Shown here piece by piece: positions 1-6,774 of a stretch of 32,000 bases of DNA. The translations under genes were made by a program, and so were the position numbers. Position 1 is the first letter of the stretch; each line of letters opens with the position of its first letter. The notes under the pieces were generated by a model. It was not told the DNA's origin. It did no database searches and saw nothing but the letters and a program-made list of their open reading frames with translations. The stretch is from Candidatus Dactylopiibacterium carminicum (GTDB lineage Bacteria > Pseudomonadota > Gammaproteobacteria > Burkholderiales > Rhodocyclaceae): positions 1-32,000 of the forward strand of contig NZ_MDUX01000009.1 in assembly GCF_014736495.1 (NCBI RefSeq). The letters are read 5' to 3'.

Positions 1-50
1 CCGACACCCGACACCCGACACCCGACACCCGACACCCGACACCCGACACC
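1..50. repeat. Perfect tandem heptanucleotide repeat (CCGACAC)x7, cut by the window edge
   Basis: Read directly: seven contiguous CCGACAC units fill bases 1-49. The array ends 3 nt before the ATG at 53. Confidence 0.95.
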
Positions 51-52
51 AA

Positions 53-487
53 ATGTTCAATCCCACCCGAGATCAAGCCCGCCTCTTCTTCATCGAAAGC
101 TGGCGCAAACACCACGCCCGCGAACCCCTCACGGATATGGAGAGCGTGGCCGCAGAGCTGATCGCCCAACACCCGGAATACCACGCATTGCTGGAAAATC
201 CAGAAGCCGTGCACAAGGATTTCCGCCCCGAGGATGGCCAGATCAACCCCTTCCTGCACCTCTCGCTGCACCTGGCCATCCACGAGCAGCTCTCCATCAA
301 CCAGCCGGCTGGCCTGCGCGACGCCTACGACGCCTGCCTCGCCCATCATGCCGGCAATCGCCACGCTGCCTTGCACGACATGCTCGAAGCCCTGGGCGAA
401 ACCCTGTTCAACTCCCAGCGCAATGGCCAACCGCCCGACGCCCAGGCCTACGTGGAAAATGTGATGCGGCGCGCCGGGCGGCCTTAG
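53..487 (+). CDS. DUF1841 family protein
   Basis: 144-aa ORF. Motifs FFIESWRKH, HPEYHALLENPE and NPFLHLSLHLAIHEQLSI match my recollection of DUF1841. TAG stop. Confidence 0.75.
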   Translation: MFNPTRDQARLFFIESWRKHHAREPLTDMESVAAELIAQHPEYHALLENPEAVHKDFRPEDGQINPFLHLSLHLAIHEQLSINQPAGLRDAYDACLAHHAGNRHAALHDMLEALGETLFNSQRNGQPPDAQAYVENVMRRAGRP

Positions 488-560
488 GGGACACGCCACC
501 GAACGACCCGAATCGAACGACTCACCTAAAGTTCAGGCGTGCCCGCCTGGAGGAAACACC

Positions 561-812
561 ATGCAGACCTTCACCGCCAACGAAGCCAAGACCCGCTTTG
601 GCGAATTCATCGATCTGGCCCCAAAGGAACCCGTCCGTGTGATGCGCCGGGATCGCGTGGCAGGCGTCATGGTCTCGGCCAACGATTACGAAGCCATGCG
701 CGCTTTCTACGCTAATCGGCTGCAACACAGCCTCGTCAGCAGCGCCGAGCAGGCGCGCGCCCAGGGGCTGACGGCAGAATTGCTCACCGCGTTGCTTGCC
801 GATGAGAGCTGA
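561..812 (+). CDS. Phd/YefM-type type II antitoxin
   Basis: 83-aa ORF. The N-terminus MQTFTANEAKTRFGEFIDLA..PVRVMRRDRVAGVMVSANDYEAM is typical of Phd/YefM antitoxins. A ggagga SD lies 6 nt upstream of the ATG. Confidence 0.8.
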   Translation: MQTFTANEAKTRFGEFIDLAPKEPVRVMRRDRVAGVMVSANDYEAMRAFYANRLQHSLVSSAEQARAQGLTAELLTALLADES

Positions 813-1097
813 GCCGCTCGCCGTCATAGACACCAATTGCTGATCAGCGCGGCCCTAGCGGGCGACACGCCCCCGCTGAAGCCGTTACATGGCTTCTGGC
901 CCGACAGGAACGGTTACCCGCCTGAGCGACCACTTCCGAACGGAGCGCAATGCGCACGCTACCCACCCGGGCTTGTCCCTCTTCGCACCAAGCCCGTAGC
1001 GTGCGCACTGCGCACCACGACCCGGCCCCATAGCAGACCGACAGACTGGAATCCAAACTTGCCAAGGAAGGAAAATGGTGCCAAATTGGCACCATGA
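802..1097 (+). pseudogene. Decayed PIN-domain toxin partner of the Phd antitoxin
   Basis: The ATG at 802 overlaps the antitoxin stop (gATGAGAGCTGA). It encodes MRAEPLAVIDTNC then TGA at 841-843. The next frame continues LLISAALAGDTPP (ORF 837..1097). VIDTN-LLISA is the PIN N-terminal acidic motif split by a frameshift. The downstream part is not recognisable, so the 3' limit is approximate. Confidence 0.45.
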
Positions 1098-1203
1098 TTT
1101 TCAACCCCAGCAAGCCATCCGGAAAATGCGCCTGATCCGGCCATTTTCGACACGCGGGACGCATGGACGCTGCTGGCCCCATGCCCCCCTGGAGGTACCG
1201 ACC

Positions 1204-1548
1204 ATGTCCATTTCGCGCAGGAGTGCGAATCATCCCGAGAAGGGCCGGATTACGGCCAGGGTTCCTTTGAACGTACAGGAAACGATACAACGAGCAGCCG
1301 AACTGACGGGCGTCCCCGTGAACGCGTACATCGTTCAGGTGGTACATCAGCATGCGCAGGATTTCATCGACCGTCATGAGATGAAAAACATCGTCCTCTC
1401 CGAACGGGACTCGGAGTGGTTTCTGGAACAACTGGCCAAGCCGCGTTCGCCGAACGCAAAGCTGAAAAACGCCCTGGCCGCGTACCGCGAGGCTGTTGAT
1501 GACGACGAAGATCCGCCCGCTCTCCCAACTGCCGAAGGCGTTGCTTGA
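1204..1548 (+). CDS. tacA: TacA-like (DUF1778, RHH) antitoxin
   Basis: Internal ATG at 1204 of ORF 1075..1548, preceded by GGAGG. MSISRRSANHPEKGRITARVPLNVQETIQRAAELTGVPVNAYIVQ is typical of DUF1778. Its 3' end overlaps the GNAT toxin gene. Confidence 0.8.
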   Translation: MSISRRSANHPEKGRITARVPLNVQETIQRAAELTGVPVNAYIVQVVHQHAQDFIDRHEMKNIVLSERDSEWFLEQLAKPRSPNAKLKNALAAYREAVDDDEDPPALPTAEGVA

Positions 1549-2020
1549 TGCGCGCGCAAGTTTCGATTGCGGCACGCCCGTGCTGAACCGGTATCTCGCC
1601 CAGAATGCCTCGCAGCACGAAGCAAGGAACATCAACCGCACGTTCTGCGGGATAAGGGACGGCGCACTGGCAGGGTTCTACTCGCTGACCAACGCAACAG
1701 TTGATGTCAGTGCGATATCGCCCGGTGTGATCAAAAAGTACAAACTGCCAACCCATCTGCTGCCCGCGGTTCGCCTGAGCCGCCTGGCAGTGGATGTGCG
1801 TTTCCAGCGCAAGGGCCTGGGGAAATGTCTGATGATCGATGCGATGTCACGAGTGATACGCGTGGCGGATCTGTCGGGCTGCATCGGCCTGGTCGTTGAT
1901 GCGAAGGACGACAAAGCCGCGAAATTTTACGAAGGGTTCGGCTTTCGCCAGACGCCGGAACACGAACTGCTGCTGTTCATGCCGCTGCCGGAAATCCAGA
2001 CTCTGTTTGCAACCGGCTGA
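1499..2020 (+). CDS. tacT: TacT-like GNAT acetyltransferase toxin
   Basis: Contains the FDCG motif about 22 aa from the start and the acetyl-CoA motif RLAVDVRFQRKGLGKCLM. Directly coupled to the DUF1778 gene. Start is ATG 1499 (or TTG 1496). Confidence 0.8.
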   Translation: MTTKIRPLSQLPKALLDARASFDCGTPVLNRYLAQNASQHEARNINRTFCGIRDGALAGFYSLTNATVDVSAISPGVIKKYKLPTHLLPAVRLSRLAVDVRFQRKGLGKCLMIDAMSRVIRVADLSGCIGLVVDAKDDKAAKFYEGFGFRQTPEHELLLFMPLPEIQTLFATG

Positions 2021-2061
2021 CCTGGGCGAATCCGACCACGCCCCCAACCCAAACACCCGCC

Positions 2062-2675
2062 ATGCCACAGACCATCAACACCGTCATCTTCGATCTCGGC
2101 AACGTGCTCATCCCCTGGGACCCACGCTGGCTGTTCCGTCAGCTATTGCCGGACGAAGCCGCCATCGACCGCTTCCTGACCGAAGTCGACTTCCACGCCT
2201 GGAACCTCCAGCATGACGCCGGCCAGCCCTTTGCCGTCGGCATCGCCCAGGCCAGCGCCCGGCATCCGCACTACAGCCACCTCTTCCAGGCCTATTTCGA
2301 CCGCTGGGACGACACCGTCGCCGAAGCCTTCCCGGAGTCCGTCGCCTGCCTGCATGCGCTGAAAGCGGCAGGGCTGCGCGTACTCGCACTCACCAACTTC
2401 TCGGCCGAAACCTTCGCCCGCGCCCGCCGCCGCTACGCCTTTCTCGCGGAGTTCGAAGGCATCGTCGTCTCCGGCGAGGAAGGCCTGATCAAACCCGACC
2501 CCGCCCTCTATCAATGCCTGTCACCCGCTACGCAGTCGACCCCGCCACAGCCCTGTTCATCGACGACAGCGCAGCCAATGTCGCCACCGCGCGCCAGCTC
2601 GATCTGCGCGCCATTCACCTGACAGACCCGGCACGCATCCGGGAGTGCTTCCGCGCGCACAACCTACCGGTATGA
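2062..2675 (+). pseudogene. HAD-superfamily hydrolase, frameshifted
   Basis: Frame 1 gives VIFDLGNVLI, LTNFS and GLIKPDPALYQCL, then turns Pro/Ser/Thr-rich. From about 2523 the neighbouring frame reads TRYAVDPATALFIDDSAANVATARQLDLRAIHLTDPARIRECFRAHNLPV and stops at 2673-2675. This fits an apparent 1-nt loss near 2521-2522. Confidence 0.8.
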
Positions 2676-2688
2676 CCAGGCTTCACCT

Positions 2689-2813
2689 GTAGATCCGGCT
2701 TCAGCCGGATGGGCAACAACCCGTAGGGTGCGCCGCGCGCACCATTCATCCGTCGCAGCCGTGCATCCCGGAGGATCAAGGCCCGCAAAAACGGTGCGCA
2801 TGGCGCACCCTAC
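2689..2813. repeat. REP cluster: GTAG+hairpin (class 2) plus an inverted pair of class 1 REPs
   Basis: 2689-2710 is GTAG+ATCCGGCTTCAGCCGGAT. 2723-2743 is GTAGGGTGCGCCGCGCGCACC. 2793-2813 is its inverted copy GGTGCGCATGGCGCACCCTAC. Confidence 0.85.
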
Positions 2814-3026
2814 TCACAGCACAAATCACCTCTCCACAAATCACTACGCCTCAAGGAATAAGGGTTACCCCTATTCCTTGGGCATGACCCAATCGGGCAG
2901 ACACTGACCAAAATCGTCAGCCCAAAGGTCCACACTCAGGCAGTCAAGTCCGGGACAAAAGGGCTTGCAAACCGCAACAAACTGAAAAATAAGAATTTTT
3001 CGCCAACGACGAACGGCCCCCTCGCT

Positions 3027-3042
3027 TGGCACACCATTGGCT
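3027..3042 (+). promoter_or_regulatory. Sigma54 (RpoN) -24/-12 promoter candidate for the pilin gene
   Basis: TGGCACaccatTGGCT, with GG at 3028-3029 and GC at 3040-3041. This is the canonical 12-nt GG-to-GC register of TGGCAC-N5-TTGCW, about 55 nt upstream of the pilin ATG. Type IVa pilin genes of pseudomonads are RpoN/PilR dependent. Confidence 0.6.
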
Positions 3043-3096
3043 ACATATGCAGCACACGGATTTCTTCCGTTTTTCGTATCCCCAAGGAGATTCACT

Positions 3097-3528
3097 ATGA
3101 AGCGTGTTCAACAAGGTTTCACCCTCATCGAACTGATGATCGTCGTGGCGATCATCGGCATCCTGGCTGCCATCGCGCTGCCGGCGTATCAGGACTACAC
3201 CGTACGCAGCCGCGTTTCTGAGCTGGCTGTTATGGCTTCCGGTGCCAAGACTACCGTTAGCGAAAACATTGCCAATAATGGTGGGGTACTTGCCACAGAT
3301 AACTGCGTTGGGGTAAATGTATTCTCTACCCCGACAAAGAATACGGCGAGCCTCGCCTGCACAGCCGATTCAGGCGCCATCGTTGTTACTGGAACGGCCG
3401 CAGCCAAAGATGTGGTACTGACCTATACGCCCACAGCGTCAACTGAACGTGTATCTTGGACTTGTACCACTGCTCCAACGAACTTCAAGTACGTTCCTGC
3501 TGAATGCCGTAATGCTTCCGAAACCTAA
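3097..3528 (+). CDS. pilA: Type IVa major pilin (PilA/PilE family)
   Basis: Starts at internal ATG 3097, after an AAGGAGA SD. Class III leader MKRVQQG followed by [27 protein letters not shown] (Phe+1, Glu+5). C-terminal disulfide loop [15 protein letters not shown]. Ends ..CRNASET. Confidence 0.93.
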   Translation: MKRVQQGFTLIELMIVVAIIGILAAIALPAYQDYTVRSRVSELAVMASGAKTTVSENIANNGGVLATDNCVGVNVFSTPTKNTASLACTADSGAIVVTGTAAAKDVVLTYTPTASTERVSWTCTTAPTNFKYVPAECRNASET

Positions 3529-3582
3529 TGCTGCTTGAGGAAAGCACCTCGCGCACGCGACCACGCTTTCCTTTTGCTTCTG

Positions 3583-3612
3583 ACGCCCTTCTTCGGAAGG
3601 GCGTTTGTTTTT
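3583..3612 (+). terminator. Rho-independent terminator after pilA
   Basis: ACGCCCTTC-ttcg-GAAGGGCGT stem-loop followed by TTTGTTTTT. Confidence 0.7.
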
Positions 3613-3637
3613 ATGTTTTCAGCAAAGCATCGTGACT

Positions 3638-5008
3638 ATGCCTCCCCCTTTTCTTTGGATTAGCGGCCTATTGTTATTTGCCTGCGTGCACTGGAACCCT
3701 TGGGGTTGGCACTGGAATGATCTCCAGCGCTGGGCATTTATTCTTCTGACCATATTGGCATGGCTGCATCTGACCTACCTAGAAACGAAGCCTGTCGTAT
3801 TCAAATTCTCTTTTTCCTCGAAAATCCTCCTGGCGCTGATCGGACTTACTGGAATAGCCAGCATCCTAAGCAGCCAATACCCTGCCTGGGCCTGGATCGA
3901 GGTTTCGGTTTTCGTGGGTATGGCCCTGATTGCGCTAGCGATACGCCAAGTCTTTTCAAACAATCCTGAAGTGATGCCTCAATATGTACTTGCACTGTGC
4001 GCATTCGTGGCTTTCATGATGGTACCTCGCCTAGGGATTTTCAGCTTCGCTCTTACCAAAGACCCGAAGAATGCGATGGATGTTTTACATAGTGGATTTT
4101 TCAATGTACGTTTTCTAGGCCAATTCCAAAGTGCAACGATTCCGATAGTCGCTGCGGGTTGCCTATTACTGACAGGCTGGAAAAAAGCGGCCTGCGCAAT
4201 ACTGTTATTGGGGTGGTGCTGGATCGCTGTTTATACGCACACACGAGGAACCCTATTGGCATGCTTGGCTATGTTATGTGTGGCAGCCCTTGCAAACACC
4301 TCAACAGCACGCCGCCTGGCCAGTTTTGTTTTGATTTCTTTCGCTGCAGCGTGGTTGCTTGACACTGTACTTTATGCACTTCCAAACAGCCCCTTTACGC
4401 TGGCTGGTGACACTTCAAGCCTTCGTCATCCCGCGGGGGTGACAAGCCTTGCAGGCCGGGAGATTATCTGGAGTCAAGCTTGGGCCATGTTCAAAGAAAA
4501 CCCATTGCTCGGCGTCGGCCCAATGCACTTCGCCTCTCTTCATTCGAAAGCAGGGGCACACCCACACAATATCCTGTTGCAATTACTAGCAGAATGGGGG
4601 TTAATTTTCTCTTTGTGCACAATCTATTTTGGTTGGCTAATGACGCGCCAAATATTGAAAATCATACGCACCTATGATCTGTCTGCAGAAAAACTGGCTC
4701 CCATCCTTGCTCTGAGCAGCTTGCTTGCACAAGGACTGGTTGACGGGATATTCGTGGTCCCAAACACTCAAGTTTGGCTAGCTATCATGGCAGGTTGGAC
4801 ATGGGCCGTTTGCAATCAAACCGTCACAACAGTCACTCAGAATGCAACACAAACATGGAAACGTCATTTTGCGCTAGCCACTACGGCAATACTACTTATG
4901 TATATGGCTGTCTTCTCCTTCCTAGACTTTAATCAGGCATATAGCGCGCGTACCCAAACAAATGAGGTCTATTGGCCACGCTACTGGTCTATGGGATTCA
5001 TCCCCTAA
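3638..5008 (+). CDS. tfpO: O-antigen ligase (Wzy_C) family membrane protein, TfpO/PilO-like pilin O-oligosaccharyltransferase candidate
   Basis: Polytopic membrane protein of about 456 aa (ATG 3638; the ORF opens at TTG 3605). Has the Wzy_C-like block GVGPMHFASLHSKAGAHPHNILLQLLAEWGL. Lies immediately downstream of pilA, as in group I P. aeruginosa pilin loci. Lower GC than the flanks. Confidence 0.7.
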   Translation: MPPPFLWISGLLLFACVHWNPWGWHWNDLQRWAFILLTILAWLHLTYLETKPVVFKFSFSSKILLALIGLTGIASILSSQYPAWAWIEVSVFVGMALIALAIRQVFSNNPEVMPQYVLALCAFVAFMMVPRLGIFSFALTKDPKNAMDVLHSGFFNVRFLGQFQSATIPIVAAGCLLLTGWKKAACAILLLGWCWIAVYTHTRGTLLACLAMLCVAALANTSTARRLASFVLISFAAAWLLDTVLYALPNSPFTLAGDTSSLRHPAGVTSLAGREIIWSQAWAMFKENPLLGVGPMHFASLHSKAGAHPHNILLQLLAEWGLIFSLCTIYFGWLMTRQILKIIRTYDLSAEKLAPILALSSLLAQGLVDGIFVVPNTQVWLAIMAGWTWAVCNQTVTTVTQNATQTWKRHFALATTAILLMYMAVFSFLDFNQAYSARTQTNEVYWPRYWSMGFIP

Positions 5009-5047
5009 AAATCGTTTCACCATGTGGTAACCACCACCGCACATCCA

Positions 5048-5079
5048 ACGCCCCTCCCCGCGAGGGGCGTTTTCTTTTC
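5048..5079 (+). terminator. Rho-independent terminator after the tfpO-like gene
   Basis: ACGCCCCTC-cccgc-GAGGGGCGT (9-bp GC-rich stem) followed by TTTTCTTTTCT. Confidence 0.75.
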
Positions 5080-5121
5080 TACCCCCGCATTGTTCGCCCG
5101 CCCCGGCCTCAACGATCCAAC

Positions 5122-5142
5122 GGTGCGCATGGCGCACCCTAC
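5122..5142 (-). repeat. Class 1 REP element upstream of the RAYT gene
   Basis: GGTGCGCATGGCGCACCCTAC, the reverse complement of GTAGGGTGCGCCATGCGCACC. Confidence 0.85.
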
Positions 5143-5246
5143 AGCCGGTTTTCTTTGCCGGCATGGACGCTCGCTTCCCCTTCCGGACGCTGTGACGATT
5201 CCCGGATGGCATGGATGATCGTCGCTTTGGTTTCGATCCTCTCGCC

Positions 5247-5792
5247 ATGCCCCGCTATCGCCGTTCACTCACACCTGGCGCAACTTTCTTTTTCACTGTG
5301 GTGACCCACCGCCGCCAACGGATTCTGACGGACGAGCCCGTGCGCATCGCCCTACGCGAGGCCATCGGCCATGCGCGCACACGCCTGCCGTTTCACATCG
5401 ATGCCTGGGTGCTGCTGCCGGATCATCTGCACTGCATCTGGACGCTGCCGCCCGGCGATGCTGCTTTCGGCCACCGATGGGGCTGGATCAAACGTCGGGT
5501 GACACATGCATTGGCGGCACGATACGAGCGCGCGGAATGGCGCAATGCTTCCCGCATCGCACGGCGGGAATCCACGATCTGGCAACGCCGCTTCTGGGAG
5601 CACCAGATCCGTGATGATGCGGATTACGCCGCGCACATGGATTACCTGCATTTCAACCCTGTGAAGCATGGCCACGCCAAACGGGTGGCGGACTGGCCTT
5701 ACTCGACCTTTCACCGCCTGGTCCTCAAAGGCGAGTACCCGGCGGACTGGGGCGGCGGCACGGATGTGGCCTTGTTCAGCGGGGATGATTGA
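5247..5792 (+). CDS. REP-associated tyrosine transposase (RAYT, IS200/IS605-like Y1 HUH transposase)
   Basis: Starts at ATG 5247 (MPRYRRSL..). HUH motif [10 protein letters not shown] and catalytic Tyr block [14 protein letters not shown] elements lie on both sides. Confidence 0.88.
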   Translation: MPRYRRSLTPGATFFFTVVTHRRQRILTDEPVRIALREAIGHARTRLPFHIDAWVLLPDHLHCIWTLPPGDAAFGHRWGWIKRRVTHALAARYERAEWRNASRIARRESTIWQRRFWEHQIRDDADYAAHMDYLHFNPVKHGHAKRVADWPYSTFHRLVLKGEYPADWGGGTDVALFSGDD

Positions 5793-5797
5793 GCCGG

Positions 5798-5911
5798 CTG
5801 GTGCGCGTGGCGCACCCTACGTGTGATCCAAACCCAAACCGTAGGGTGCGCCATGCGCACCGCCATTCCTCAAATCTCCACCTGCGTCCCGAACTCCACG
5901 ACACGGTTCGG
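5798..5911. repeat. Direct repeat copy A: REP inverted pair plus a remnant of a kup 3' end
   Basis: Near-identical to 6663-6774 apart from a few substitutions and 1-nt indels. Contains REPs at 5800-5820 and 5841-5861. Its minus strand encodes ..FFRIPNRVVEFGTQVEI-stop (stop at 5870-5872), with no gene body upstream. Confidence 0.9.
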
Positions 5912-6001
5912 AATGCGGAAGAAGCCCCCTCGTTCGACGATGCTTGAAAGCAGATATCCGATTACCTACTATCTCAGCGAATCTTGAAAGGAAGGGCACG
6001 C

Positions 6002-6292
6002 ATGCGGCCATCTGCTGTTCTCGACATGAAGCGAAATGCCGTGCGCGAAGTGGTAAGCCGCTTCCGCACCACGAATCCGCGCGTGTTCGGCTCGATACTG
6101 CGAGGTACCGATCAGGACGACAGCGACCTTGATCTGCTCGTCGATACCCTCCCGGGCGCTACGCTCCTGGATCTGGGTGATCTGCAATACGAGCTAGAAT
6201 CATTGCTCGGGATTCAGGTGGATGTGTTGACGCCAGGTGATCTCCCGTCTGGATTCCGGGCAAAGGTCCTTGCCGAGGCGAAACCGGTCTGA
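6002..6292 (+). CDS. mntA: MntA-type nucleotidyltransferase antitoxin
   Basis: Starts at ATG 6002, after an aaggaagg SD. Minimal NTase motif FGSILRGTDQDDSDLDLLV. Its stop overlaps the next start (ATGA). Confidence 0.85.
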   Translation: MRPSAVLDMKRNAVREVVSRFRTTNPRVFGSILRGTDQDDSDLDLLVDTLPGATLLDLGDLQYELESLLGIQVDVLTPGDLPSGFRAKVLAEAKPV

Positions 6293-6660
6293 TGGAAAAT
6301 CGTCTCCCTGATTACATCGATCATATCCAGCAGGCGGCAACCGATGCCCGCAGCTTTGTCGAAGGGCTGTCCAGAAACGATTTCCTGGCCGACAGGCGCA
6401 CCCAGCAAGCCGTCCTCATGAGCTTGATAGTGATTGGTGAAGCCGCCACAAAAGTGATGGACGCCTACGGAGAGTTCTCCCGGATGCACACCAACGTTCC
6501 CTGGCGAAGCATGCGCAACATGCGTAACCGGATGGCTCACGGCTATTTCGATATCAACCTGGAGGTGGTGTGGGAGACCGTGCAGGAATGGTTGCCCGAG
6601 CTGCTTGAGCAACTGCCCGCCGTGCGCCAGAGCGCGGAGATGTCGCAGAAGACAGAATAG
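6292..6660 (+). CDS. hepT: HepT-type HEPN (DUF86) toxin
   Basis: 122 aa. R-X4-H HEPN motif RNRMAHGY. Translationally coupled to the NTase gene. Confidence 0.85.
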   Translation: MENRLPDYIDHIQQAATDARSFVEGLSRNDFLADRRTQQAVLMSLIVIGEAATKVMDAYGEFSRMHTNVPWRSMRNMRNRMAHGYFDINLEVVWETVQEWLPELLEQLPAVRQSAEMSQKTE

Positions 6661-6662
6661 CG

Positions 6663-6774
6663 CTGGTGCGCACGGCGCACCTACGCGTGATCCAAACCCA
6701 AACCGTAGGGTGCGCCATGCGCACCGCCATTCTCAAATCTCCACCTGCGTCCCGAACTCCACGACACGGTTCGG
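6663..6774. repeat. Direct repeat copy B: REP inverted pair plus the genuine kup 3' end
   Basis: Matches 5798-5911. REPs at 6665-6684 (1-nt deletion variant) and 6705-6725. Overlaps the last 14 codons of kup. Confidence 0.9.

Noticed and set aside
844-1641. 265-aa minus-strand ORF.
   Set aside because: It is antisense to the TacA gene and the PIN remnant. It has no motifs. The plus-strand TA genes have SD sequences and family signatures.
5800-6725. Regularly recurring ~21-nt palindromic repeats, considered as a possible CRISPR array.
   Set aside because: They occur as isolated inverted pairs scattered over the window, not as a repeat-spacer array. Their form (GTAG plus hairpin) and the adjacent RAYT identify them as REP elements.
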